Below are positions 34,417-43,331 of a stretch of DNA of 64,000 bases, piece after piece. How positions within the stretch are numbered: position 1 is the stretch's first letter; each line of letters begins with the position of its first letter. The notes under the pieces were generated by a model, which made no database searches, was not told where the DNA came from, and saw nothing but the letters and a program-made list of their open reading frames with translations. Origin of the DNA: an uncultured Lachnospiraceae bacterium (GTDB taxonomy: Bacteria; Bacillota; Clostridia; Lachnospirales; Lachnospiraceae); assembly GCA_902802515.1 (NCBI GenBank), contig CADCMM010000007.1, positions 33,954 through 97,953 on the forward strand, written 5' to 3'. The position numbers and the translations under genes were made by a program.

Positions 34417-35697
34417 ATGAATATTGAAAAATCCACTCCCCTGCGCGGCGAGATTTCCGTACCGGGGGATAAATCTATTTCTCACCGGGCAGTGATGTTC
34501 GGTTCTCTGGCAAAGGGTACCACGGAGATTACTAATTTTCTTCAGGGAGCGGACTGCCTTTCCACTATCTCCTGTTTCCGTCAGATGGGCATTGAAATTG
34601 ACAATCAGCCAGACCGCATTGTAATTTGGGGAAAAGGCCTCCATGGGCTCAATGGGCCTAACGATACGCTGGATGTAGGAAACAGCGGAACAACGATTCG
34701 TCTTATGTCAGGTATTTTAGCCGGTCAGAGTTTTGACTGCAGGGTGACTGGGGATGCCTCTATACAGAAACGCCCCATGAAGCGCGTCATAACCCCGCTT
34801 TCCATGATGAACGCTGCTATTGACAGCATAAATCATAACGGGTGCGCTCCCCTGAAGATACAGGGAAGAAAATTGAAGGCGGTTCACTATAATTCTCCTG
34901 TGGCATCCGCCCAGGTGAAGTCCTGCGTTCTTCTGGCCGGGATGTATGCGGACGGTGTCACCAGCGTAACGGAGCCAATACTTTCCAGGAATCATTCCGA
35001 ATTGATGCTGAATTACTTCGGAGCTTCCGTTGCTTCCCATGGAACCACAGCTTCCATATTGCCGGATCCTCTGCTGGAAGGACGGAAAGTCATCGTACCT
35101 GGGGACATTTCTTCCGCCGCTTACTTTATAGCGGCCGGACTTCTGGTTCCCGGATCCGAAATTCTGATAAAAAATGTGGGCGTGAATCCCACAAGGGACG
35201 GCCTTTTGAAAGTCTGCGCGGCTATGGGAGCTGATATCACCCGTTTGAATGAGAATACCGTCAGCGGAGAACCCACTGCGGATCTATTGGTGAGATACAG
35301 CTCGCTGCATGGCACCACAGTTGGCGGTGAAATTATTCCGACCCTGATCGATGAACTTCCCATTATCGCTGTGATGGCCGCCTTCGCGGACGGAACAACG
35401 GTTATAAAGGACGCCTCAGAGCTGAAAGTGAAAGAATCGAACCGCATCGCGGTCATGACCGGGAATCTCTCCCGCATGGGCGTCGATGTAGAAGCCACGG
35501 AAGACGGCATGATCATTCACGGCGGAAAACCGGTTCACGGAGCCGAGATAGACAGCCACCTGGACCACCGCATTGCCATGAGCTTTGCCATAGCCGCCCT
35601 GTCAGCGGAAGGAACCACAAAAATAAAAGACGCGGACTGCGTCCGCATCTCCTATCCCAATTTCTATGAAGACCTGAACCAATTAAAAGGGCTGTGA
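34417..35697 (+). CDS. aroA: 3-phosphoshikimate 1-carboxyvinyltransferase (EPSP synthase)
   Basis: The ATG is at 34417. Motifs are PGDKSISHR, LDVGNSGTTIRL and NRIAVM. Confidence 0.95.
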   Translation: MNIEKSTPLRGEISVPGDKSISHRAVMFGSLAKGTTEITNFLQGADCLSTISCFRQMGIEIDNQPDRIVIWGKGLHGLNGPNDTLDVGNSGTTIRLMSGILAGQSFDCRVTGDASIQKRPMKRVITPLSMMNAAIDSINHNGCAPLKIQGRKLKAVHYNSPVASAQVKSCVLLAGMYADGVTSVTEPILSRNHSELMLNYFGASVASHGTTASILPDPLLEGRKVIVPGDISSAAYFIAAGLLVPGSEILIKNVGVNPTRDGLLKVCAAMGADITRLNENTVSGEPTADLLVRYSSLHGTTVGGEIIPTLIDELPIIAVMAAFADGTTVIKDASELKVKESNRIAVMTGNLSRMGVDVEATEDGMIIHGGKPVHGAEIDSHLDHRIAMSFAIAALSAEGTTKIKDADCVRISYPNFYEDLNQLKGL

Positions 35698-35709
35698 TTT
35701 TGCAGCCCT
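35688..35709. terminator. Bidirectional hairpin shared by aroA and the convergent ABC operon
   Basis: The hairpin is AGGGCTG-tgattttg-CAGCCCT and overlaps the aroA stop. Confidence 0.45.
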
Positions 35710-35714
35710 CTTAC

Positions 35715-36488
35715 TTAGTTTCCGCTCTCCACACTGATCTCATTAAAGATGTCCAGAACATCTTCCACTTTTGTACCGTTTTTTTCTTCTCCGGATTTAT
35801 CCAGTATTGCTTTCCCCTCATGCATCATGATGAGGCGATCACCGTATTCCACCGCGTAGCGCAGGTTGTGGGTCACCATGATGGTGGTCACGCCTTTTTC
35901 CCTCACAAGGCGGTCTGTAAGTTGCATGTTGATTTCCGCAGTCTTGGGATCCAAAGCAGCAGTGTGTTCATCCAGGATCAAAAAGTCGATAGGCGTCATC
36001 GTTGACATCAAAAGTGCCAGAGCCTGACGCTGACCTCCGGACAGAGCTCCCACTTTTACATTGAGTTTGTCTTCCAATCCCAAATTCAGTTCGGAAAGCA
36101 TTTCTTTATAATAAGAAATCCTTTTCTTCTGGATACCTTTTGTAAGATTGTAGGACATCCCTTTATTGTCCGCAATGCTTAAATTTTCCAGAATTGTCAT
36201 ATCCCCGCAGGTTCCCATAGCCGGATTTTGGAAAACCCGGCCGATTTTCTGCAGCCGCTTATACTCTTTCCTATTGGTGATATCATCGCCATTCAGAAGG
36301 ATCGCGCCGCTGTCCACATCAATGCTTCCGCAGATGATATTCAGCATGGAAGTTTTTCCGGAGCCGTTGCTCCCGACTACAGAGATAAACTCACCATCAT
36401 TTATAGTCAGGTTGAAGTTCTTGAAAAGACACATTTCATTGACGGTTCCAATGTTATAATATTTTGATACATTCCGAAGCTCAAGCAT
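35715..36488 (-). CDS. ABC transporter ATP-binding protein (TrpXYZ-type system, ATPase)
   Basis: 257 aa with Walker A GSNGSGKTS and signature LSGGQRQ. It is the last gene of the T-box-controlled operon. Confidence 0.85.
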   Translation of the reverse strand: MLELRNVSKYYNIGTVNEMCLFKNFNLTINDGEFISVVGSNGSGKTSMLNIICGSIDVDSGAILLNGDDITNRKEYKRLQKIGRVFQNPAMGTCGDMTILENLSIADNKGMSYNLTKGIQKKRISYYKEMLSELNLGLEDKLNVKVGALSGGQRQALALLMSTMTPIDFLILDEHTAALDPKTAEINMQLTDRLVREKGVTTIMVTHNLRYAVEYGDRLIMMHEGKAILDKSGEEKNGTKVEDVLDIFNEISVESGN

Positions 36489-37368
36489 CTGTCTTAACCT
36501 TCCTTTTCCGCTCTCTTCCCAGAACCAAAATGATGAGAAACAGAGAAGCCGTAATAAATTTCAAGTCAGTAGAGACAAAGCCCAGTTTGATTGCCAGCGC
36601 AACGCATCCTTTGTACAGGATTGAGCCAATAATCACGCTGGAAGTCACCCGGAAAAAAGTGAGACGCTGAAACAGACTGGTTCCGATGATCACACTGGCC
36701 AGACCAATTACCATGGTTCCGGTGCCCATAGATACATCAAAGAATCTCTGTTGCTGGGCATAAACACATCCGCTTAAGGCCACCAGCCCGTTGGCAATAG
36801 AAAGGCCTATGATTTTTATCTTTCCCTTATCCACAGCCATCGCTGTAACAATTGCCTCATTATCACCCACTGCCCGCAGGATGTAGCCGGACTTTGTATG
36901 GAGATACCAGTCCAATATATACTTTACCGCAAGGACAATGAGCAATATGATCAAAACCGTCTTGTATTTCTCCAGAGTTTCCGGAAAAACAGAATCCACT
37001 ACATCATTGTCAAATATAGTGGTCTTGTTATAGAATGGAAGATTTGCCCTTCCGGCCACGCGAAGCTCCGCTGTGTACAGTGCTGTCATCATGATGATAC
37101 CTGACAGCAGATCTCTCACTTTCAGTTTTACATGGATCAGGCCGGTGCAAACACCGATGACTGCTCCCACAAGAAAACATACCGGCAGTGTCAGCAGCGG
37201 ATTAACATCTTTACTGATCATGACAGCAGCAACAGCAGCTCCCAGAGGAAAGCTGCCGTCCACTGTCAAATCCGGAAAGTCCAAGATCTTATAAGTAATA
37301 TAGATGCCCAGAGCCATGATAGCGTAGATCATTCCCTGTTCCAGCACACTTAATAAGATAAGTATCAA
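36481..37368 (-). CDS. ABC transporter permease (TrpXYZ-type system)
   Basis: 295 aa and multi-TM. It overlaps the ATPase gene by 8 nt. Confidence 0.85.
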   Translation of the reverse strand: MILILLSVLEQGMIYAIMALGIYITYKILDFPDLTVDGSFPLGAAVAAVMISKDVNPLLTLPVCFLVGAVIGVCTGLIHVKLKVRDLLSGIIMMTALYTAELRVAGRANLPFYNKTTIFDNDVVDSVFPETLEKYKTVLIILLIVLAVKYILDWYLHTKSGYILRAVGDNEAIVTAMAVDKGKIKIIGLSIANGLVALSGCVYAQQQRFFDVSMGTGTMVIGLASVIIGTSLFQRLTFFRVTSSVIIGSILYKGCVALAIKLGFVSTDLKFITASLFLIILVLGRERKRKVKTDA

Positions 37369-37385
37369 CTTGGTATCCTCCAGAC

Positions 37386-38930
37386 TTAATCTACTACGAT
37401 TTCTTCAAAAACTTCTTCTGCTCCAGCCAGATACGCGTCGTCAAAGATGATAGCCAGATTTTCGCCAACTGCTTTGTTAATATAGAGATTGGCGTCTTCG
37501 CAGATCTCATAATTTTGCTCGTCAGCTGTCGTTTCACCTTTCAGGATTGCCGCAGCCATTTTTCCGGTCTGTCTGCCAAGAGCAACATAATCGATACCCA
37601 TGGAAGCCAGGCAGCCGTTTTTAACCTGTTCTATCTCGCTTCCAAACACCGGAATATGTGCCTCGTTAGCGTAAGCCAGAACCGTTTGCAGCGCAGATAC
37701 CACGGTATTATCTGTCAGGTTGGAGATACAGTCTACTTTCCCTACCATATCAGCCGCCGCAAGATCCACATCCGCGATGGTATTGATACCGGTCTCAACG
37801 ATTTCAAATCCGTACTGTCCTGCGATTGCCTTGTACTCTTCAATGGTGCTGACAGAGTTTGCTTCGCTGGTCGTGTAAATGATACCAATCTTGGTAGCAC
37901 CCGGAAGGATCTCACGAATCATTTTAAGCTGTTCTTCCACCGGAAGTTTATCGGAAGTACCGGTTGCATTTCCAACAGAAGTTCCATCCTCATTGGCCAA
38001 TCCCGCCGCAACCGGATCGGAAACTGCGGTATAAACAACCGGGATATCGGACTTCAGCGCAGAGTTATAAGCACTCATAGCACTCGGTGTTGCAATGGCG
38101 CAGATCAAGTCGACCTTGTCGGATACATAGCTGTCCGCGATCTGGCCAGCCGTACCGGTATCTGCCTGAGCATTGTCATATTCTACCGTAAGATTCTCTC
38201 CTTCTACAAATCCCGCTTCTGCCAGGCCTTCCAGGAAACCTTCTCTGCAGTTGTCCAGAGAGCCGTGCTCAGCAAACTGGGAAATACCGATGGTGAACTC
38301 ACCCTCATATACATCTGCGGTAACTTCCGTCACTTCTTCGGTTTCTGCAGCTTCGGTCTCAGTTTCAACAGCCTCTGTTACCTCTTCAGTCTCTGTCTCG
38401 GTTTCAACGGCTTCGGTTGCTTCCTCGGTCTCCGTCTCGGTTTCAGCGGCTTCGGTTGCTTCCTCGGTCTCCGTCTCGGTTTCAGCGGCTTCGGTTGCTT
38501 CCTCGGTCTCAGTCTCGGTTTCAACGGCTTCGGTTGTTTCCTCGGTCTCCGTCTCGGTTTCAGCGGCTTCGGTTGCTTTCTCGGTCTCCGTCTCGGTTTC
38601 AGCGGCTTCGGTTGCTTCCTCGGTCTCCGTTTCGGTTTCAACGGCTTCGGTTGCTTCCTCGGTCTCCGTTTCGGTTTCAGCGGCTTCGGTTGCTTCCTCG
38701 GTCTCTGTCTCAGTCTCAACAGCTTCGGTCGTTTCCTCTGTCTGCGTTTCTTCTTCCGTCGCTGCGGCCTCGGTCACTTCTTCCGTTTCCGTCTGTGCAG
38801 CCTCCGTCACGGTCTCCGTTACAGCTTCTGTCTTAGGAGCCTCCGTCTCCTTTTCGCCTGATCCGCAGCCTGCCGTCATGGCAGCAACCACGGCAGCGCT
38901 CAATAAAAGCGCCAGTGTTTTCTTTTTCAT
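37386..38930 (-). CDS. ABC substrate-binding lipoprotein (PF04392-like) with a ~200-aa Thr/Glu-rich repeat tether
   Basis: The ATG at 38930 follows AGGAGG by 8 nt. The lipobox is MTAGC. The mature domain (IGISQFAEHGSLDNCREGF...DLICAIATPSAMSA) is typical of ABC_sub_bind proteins. Confidence 0.85.
   Translation of the reverse strand: MKKKTLALLLSAAVVAAMTAGCGSGEKETEAPKTEAVTETVTEAAQTETEEVTEAAATEEETQTEETTEAVETETETEEATEAAETETETEEATEAVETETETEEATEAAETETETEKATEAAETETETEETTEAVETETETEEATEAAETETETEEATEAAETETETEEATEAVETETETEEVTEAVETETEAAETEEVTEVTADVYEGEFTIGISQFAEHGSLDNCREGFLEGLAEAGFVEGENLTVEYDNAQADTGTAGQIADSYVSDKVDLICAIATPSAMSAYNSALKSDIPVVYTAVSDPVAAGLANEDGTSVGNATGTSDKLPVEEQLKMIREILPGATKIGIIYTTSEANSVSTIEEYKAIAGQYGFEIVETGINTIADVDLAAADMVGKVDCISNLTDNTVVSALQTVLAYANEAHIPVFGSEIEQVKNGCLASMGIDYVALGRQTGKMAAAILKGETTADEQNYEICEDANLYINKAVGENLAIIFDDAYLAGAEEVFEEIVVD
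38376..38726. repeat. Tandem repeat, 39-bp period x 9 copies, inside the lipoprotein gene
   Basis: The unit encodes EA(V/A)ETETETEEAT. Copies differ by 1-3 nt. Degenerate TE-rich sequence flanks both sides. Confidence 0.9.
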
Positions 38931-38985
38931 AATAATATCCTCCTTTTTTAATTCGTTCATATAATCCCCAATGAAAAAAAGAAGT

Positions 38986-39240
38986 AAAAAGCGTCTCAAG
39001 TAAAACTACTTGAGACGCAAATAAAGACTTATCAGCGCGGTACCACTCAACTTGGCATAGCCCACTCTTCATTGATAACGGGTCTCGTTCCCGGTGCCCC
39101 CTACTCTCTATCTCACTGTAGCCGACAGATTTCAGTTTGCCCTCAAAAGTCCATTCGTTCTTCCTCCGGTGCCGCAATTCCACCCTCTGCAGCTCTCTGT
39201 AACCTTATGAAAAATCTACTACTCTTTCTCACTGGTTTCA
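38986..39240 (-). promoter_or_regulatory. T-box riboswitch leader, Trp specifier (UGG)
   Basis: Stem I has the AGTA / GAA-TGG-A specifier-loop arrangement, with the codon at 39153-39151. It also has an AGAGAG bulge and a GGTGGAA distal loop. The T-box sequence AAGTTGAGTGGTACCGCG lies at 39053-39036. The terminator GCGTCTCAAGTA-gttt-TACTTGAGACGC plus TTTTT lies at 39018-38986. Confidence 0.85.
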
Positions 39241-39257
39241 AATATCAACTAAACACA

Positions 39258-39286
39258 AGATTAGTACAAAAACTAAAATTTGTCAA
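39258..39286 (-). promoter_or_regulatory. Candidate promoter of the T-box leader (TTGACA-N17-TAATCT)
   Basis: There is an exact -35 at 39286-39281, but the -10 is weak. Confidence 0.3.
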
Positions 39287-39298
39287 TGGATATTTTTG

Positions 39299-41392
39299 TT
39301 ACTTCTTCTCTTTTACATCCTTAATGGAGAAGCTCAGTCTTCCCATTTTGTCCTTGCCCAGACATACTACTTTTACTTTGTCGCCAAGAGTAAGCACATC
39401 CTCCACATGGTCGATCCTCTCCTTCGCAATCTTGGAAATGTGAACCATTCCCTCTTTGCCGGGAGCAAACTCAATGAATGCGCCGAAATCTTTGATGCTG
39501 ACAACTTCACCGGTAAGGATCATTCCCTCTTCAAAATCAGTTGTAATGATCTTTATCATATCCACCGCTTTATTCATCATGACCGGATCTGTTCCGCAGA
39601 CCGAAACTGCGCCGTCATCGGTAATATCGATCTTAACGCCGGTGCGCTCAATAATGGTATTAATGGTCTTTCCCCGCTGACCAACTACATCGCCAATCTT
39701 CTGGGGGTCGATCATGATCTGGATGATCTTGGGAGCGTACTTAGACACTTCCTCACGCGGTTTGGCAATACACGGAGTCATAATCTCGTTCAAGATATAC
39801 TCTCTGGCCTCTTTCGTTCTGGCGATTGCCTCCTCAACGATAGGACGGGTCAGACCGTGGATCTTGATATCCATCTGGATGGCAGTAATACCGTCGTGAG
39901 TACCGGCCACCTTGAAGTCCATATCACCAAAGAAGTCTTCCAGACCCTGAATATCCGTCAGCACAATATAGTCATCGTCTGTTTCTCCAGTTACCAGACC
40001 GCAGGAGATACCCGCCACCTGTTTTTTAATCGGAACACCGGCCGCCATCAGAGACATGGTAGATGCGCAGATGCTTGCCTGTGACGTAGAACCATTGGAC
40101 TCAAAAGTCTCGGAAACAGTACGGATCGCATACGGGAATTCTTCTTCAGAAGGAAGTACCGGAACCAACGCTTTCTCTGCCAGAGCGCCGTGGCCAATCT
40201 CACGTCTTCCAGGTCCTCTGGACGGTTTCGTCTCGCCTACGGAGTAGGACGGGAAATTATAGTGATGCATGTAGCGTTTATTCACTTCATTCTCATCCAG
40301 TCCATCAATTCTCTGAACCTCAGAAAGGGGAGCCAGGGTAGTCACGGTACAGATCTGAGTTTGTCCGCGGGTAAACATGGCGGAGCCATGTACTCTGGGA
40401 AGAAGATCGATCTCCGCTGCCAACGGTCTGATCTGGGTAATCTGACGGCCGTCCGGACGCTTGTGATCTTTCAGGATCATCTTACGAACCGTCTTTTTCT
40501 GGTACTGATAAACAGCCTCTCCCAGAATTGCAAGCCAGTCTTCTTTCTCCGCAAAAGCCTCTTCCAGCTTTTCGGTGATCTTCTTGATATTTTCCTCACG
40601 AACCTGCTTTACGTCCGTAAATACTGCCTCTTCCATCTCCTCTGGAGTAACGATCTTCTTGATCTCTTGGAACATTTCTTCCGGAATCGCACAGCTCTCA
40701 TACTCATGTTTCGATTTGCCTACTTCGGCAATGATCTTATTGATAAAAGCAATAATTTCCTGGTTCAGATCATGAGCCATATAAATTGCCTCTATCATCT
40801 TTGCCTCTGGTATCTCATTGGCACCCGCTTCGATCATGATCACCTTCTCACTGGTGGAAGCCACAGTAAGCTGCAGCTCCCCGTTCTTCCACTGTTCCTG
40901 AGACGGATTTACGATAAATTCTCCATCTACCAGTCCAACCTGGGTCATAGCGCAGGGACCATCGAAGGGAATGTCTGAAATGCAGGTGGCTATGGAAGAT
41001 CCCAGCATAGCCACCAGTTCCGGTCGGCACTGCGGATCTACAGAAAGAACCAGGTTATTTAACGTAACATCATTCCGGTAATCCTTTGGAAACAGCGGAC
41101 GCATCGGACGGTCGATCACGCGGGCTGTCAGTACAGCATTCTCTGAAGCCTTACCCTCGCGTTTGTTGAAACCTCCCGGAATCTTACCTACAGAATACAG
41201 TTTTTCCTCAAATTCCACACTCAGCGGAAAGAAATCAATTCCATCCCTGGGCTTGTCTGATGCGGTAGCTGTGGAAAGAACTACCGTATCGCCATAGTGC
41301 ATAAATGCTGCTCCATTCGCCTGGGCCGCCACTCTGCCTACGTCTACGGTAAGCGTTCTCCCGCCCAGTTCCATTGAAAAACTCTGATACAT
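39299..41392 (-). CDS. pnp: Polyribonucleotide nucleotidyltransferase (PNPase)
   Basis: The ATG at 41392 follows AAGGAG. The protein has two RNase PH domains plus KH and S1 domains, with the C-terminal pattern ...GEVVSIKDFGAFIEF. Confidence 0.95.
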   Translation of the reverse strand: MYQSFSMELGGRTLTVDVGRVAAQANGAAFMHYGDTVVLSTATASDKPRDGIDFFPLSVEFEEKLYSVGKIPGGFNKREGKASENAVLTARVIDRPMRPLFPKDYRNDVTLNNLVLSVDPQCRPELVAMLGSSIATCISDIPFDGPCAMTQVGLVDGEFIVNPSQEQWKNGELQLTVASTSEKVIMIEAGANEIPEAKMIEAIYMAHDLNQEIIAFINKIIAEVGKSKHEYESCAIPEEMFQEIKKIVTPEEMEEAVFTDVKQVREENIKKITEKLEEAFAEKEDWLAILGEAVYQYQKKTVRKMILKDHKRPDGRQITQIRPLAAEIDLLPRVHGSAMFTRGQTQICTVTTLAPLSEVQRIDGLDENEVNKRYMHHYNFPSYSVGETKPSRGPGRREIGHGALAEKALVPVLPSEEEFPYAIRTVSETFESNGSTSQASICASTMSLMAAGVPIKKQVAGISCGLVTGETDDDYIVLTDIQGLEDFFGDMDFKVAGTHDGITAIQMDIKIHGLTRPIVEEAIARTKEAREYILNEIMTPCIAKPREEVSKYAPKIIQIMIDPQKIGDVVGQRGKTINTIIERTGVKIDITDDGAVSVCGTDPVMMNKAVDMIKIITTDFEEGMILTGEVVSIKDFGAFIEFAPGKEGMVHISKIAKERIDHVEDVLTLGDKVKVVCLGKDKMGRLSFSIKDVKEKK

Positions 41393-41578
41393 TTTCTTCT
41401 CCTTTTCTTGGCAGAGCGCAAATCCGAAACAACTGAAAAACCGACTTAATCTCGCACATGCATTAATCAGCATTTCCCTAAATCGGCTTTTCAGTAGTCT
41501 CGGCAAATTTGTCTCTGTCAGTTACGTTATGGCATCATTTGAGATAAGGAAATAATCAGTTGCCTTATCCTAAATTAA

Positions 41579-41596
41579 GGGCGGATCGCTCCGCCC
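41579..41596 (-). terminator. rpsO terminator / pnp leader hairpin
   Basis: The hairpin is GGGCGGA-gcga-TCCGCCC, followed on the minus strand by TTAATTT. Confidence 0.5.
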
Positions 41597-41606
41597 TTGT
41601 TTCACA

Positions 41607-41873
41607 TTATTTTCTGATTCCTAATTTTGCAATCAGAGCACGGTATCCTTCAATATCAGTTTTCTTTAAATAAGCCAGAAGACCACGTCTCTGACCTACC
41701 ATTTTCAGAAGACCTCTTCTTGAATGATGATCCTTCGGATTTTCCTGAAGATGAGCAGTCAGTTCCTGAATCCTGGCAGTCAGCACTGCGATCTGTACCT
41801 CAGGTGAACCGGTATCTCCCGGTTTTCTTCCATACTCTTCAATAATTGCCTGTTTCTTTTCTTTTGAAATCAT
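41607..41873 (-). CDS. rpsO: 30S ribosomal protein S15
   Basis: The internal ATG at 41873 follows AGGAGG. The protein is [32 protein letters not shown]... Confidence 0.95.
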   Translation of the reverse strand: MISKEKKQAIIEEYGRKPGDTGSPEVQIAVLTARIQELTAHLQENPKDHHSRRGLLKMVGQRRGLLAYLKKTDIEGYRALIAKLGIRK

Positions 41874-41990
41874 TGTTTCATTCCTCCTGTTTTTCATATC
41901 GCCTGATACCAGGAAGTGGTCGGAGTGTCCGTCTTCTGAGCATCGGCTGAAATCATACATTGAAGACTATATCATAATTCAATATTTTCG

Positions 41991-42449
41991 TCAACCTCTT
42001 CGCGCAAATATCAGAAAAATAATACATCCAACCGCAATTCCCAACACACCCACAGCATACAGTGCCTGAGACAGTAGTTTCATCTTTCTGTTTTCTGCAA
42101 TTTTATATTCCAGAGGATCTGCCTGATTATAAAAGAGCGAAACTTCCTGATTTAAATGAAACGTACTGGGATAGGATCCCTCCCAATGAATTACCTTATA
42201 CAGCTTTCCTCTTGCATAATATTCTAATACCGGATAATAGCAATTCTTATACAGCATTGGCTGCCTGCGGTTTTCAGTTTCACGCAGCAGCAGATCCACC
42301 ACTCTGGCTGTTGTCTTTCCCTCAAAGGGCTCTTTATAATTCTGATATAGCTGGCAGACGATCCCTCCAATCAGAAAGAGTATTCCAGCTACGATCAGAA
42401 AGCAGCTGGCAGTCCACAAACTTTTATCCACCAAAGTACTCCCTTCCAA
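41991..42449 (-). CDS. DUF3592-like membrane protein
   Basis: 152 aa with TM helices at both ends flanking a beta-rich core. Confidence 0.55.
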   Translation of the reverse strand: MEGSTLVDKSLWTASCFLIVAGILFLIGGIVCQLYQNYKEPFEGKTTARVVDLLLRETENRRQPMLYKNCYYPVLEYYARGKLYKVIHWEGSYPSTFHLNQEVSLFYNQADPLEYKIAENRKMKLLSQALYAVGVLGIAVGCIIFLIFARRG

Positions 42450-43317
42450 ATGAAATATCCCTTTGCATCTGATATTTTAACTCCTGCAGAGAAGCAAATC
42501 TCTTTTCCGCCCTCACAAAAAAAAGTAGTTCTGTTAAAATCTCTGTTCCATACAGATCCATATCAACGTCAAAGAGATACGTCTCCACACCTCGAAATTT
42601 TTCTCCCACCGTAGGTTTGTAGCCAATATTTGTGATTCCCGGGTAAAATATCCCGCCAATCAAAGTTCTGGATACATATACGCCATTCGGCGGCAGCAGT
42701 TTCTCCTTTACAGGAAGTAGATTCACAGTAGGCATTCCCAGCGTTCTTCCTATTTTTCTTCCATGTCTCACGATCCCACTGACAAAATATGGTCTTCCCA
42801 GCAGTCTGTTTGCCAGCTTCATGTTTCCTTCCATCAACGCCTCCTTCACATAAGTACTGCTGATCTCCCTGTCTTTGAAACGTTCTTTCGGAAGTATTTC
42901 TGCATAAAATCCATATTTGCTCTGAAGTTTTTTCAGTGTTTCCACATCGCCCATCCTGTGATAACCGAAGCGAAAATCCGTTCCGACCACAATATACTTT
43001 GCATGTAGCCTGTCCATCAGAACACTTTTTACAAACTGTTCGGGTTCCATTCCTGCTATATCAGGAGTAAAAGGACACTGGATCAGACAGAAAATTCCCA
43101 TCTGCCGAATCACAAATTTTTGCTCTTCCTCTGTCAGGATCCGATCTTTGGTACACGAATTTAACGCGAACACAACGCTGTCCACCTGCGCTTTCTCCAA
43201 TTCTTTGATACGTTGCATCAGCTTCTGGTGACCCAGATGAACACCGTCAAATTTCCCCAGAGTCACTGCGCTGGCTTGCTCCATCCGGAAATCTGTAGTC
43301 CCATGAAAATAATCCAT
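42424..43317 (-). CDS. ribF: Bifunctional riboflavin kinase / FAD synthetase
   Basis: The ATG at 43317 follows GGGAGGAA. Motifs are GKFDGVHLGHQ and, in the kinase domain, GRKIGRTLGMPTVN. Confidence 0.9.
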   Translation of the reverse strand: MDYFHGTTDFRMEQASAVTLGKFDGVHLGHQKLMQRIKELEKAQVDSVVFALNSCTKDRILTEEEQKFVIRQMGIFCLIQCPFTPDIAGMEPEQFVKSVLMDRLHAKYIVVGTDFRFGYHRMGDVETLKKLQSKYGFYAEILPKERFKDREISSTYVKEALMEGNMKLANRLLGRPYFVSGIVRHGRKIGRTLGMPTVNLLPVKEKLLPPNGVYVSRTLIGGIFYPGITNIGYKPTVGEKFRGVETYLFDVDMDLYGTEILTELLFFVRAEKRFASLQELKYQMQRDISFGREYFGG

Positions 43318-43331
43318 GTTTTCCTCCCAGC

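Noticed and set aside
38376-38726. The possibility that the regular 39-bp repeats are a CRISPR array.
   Set aside because: The repeats are directly adjacent with no spacers, are in-frame inside a CDS, and no cas genes are present.
37515-38964. Several long ORFs (448, 263, 139 and 113 aa) overlapping the lipoprotein gene, including a PRKQPKPLKP-repeat frame.
   Set aside because: All are alternative-frame or opposite-strand readings of the 39-bp tandem repeat. The frame with the lipobox, RBS and folded binding domain is the real one.
39296-40978. Two 262-aa plus-strand ORFs opposite pnp.
   Set aside because: They are antisense shadows of a confidently identified PNPase gene, with no RBS or motifs.
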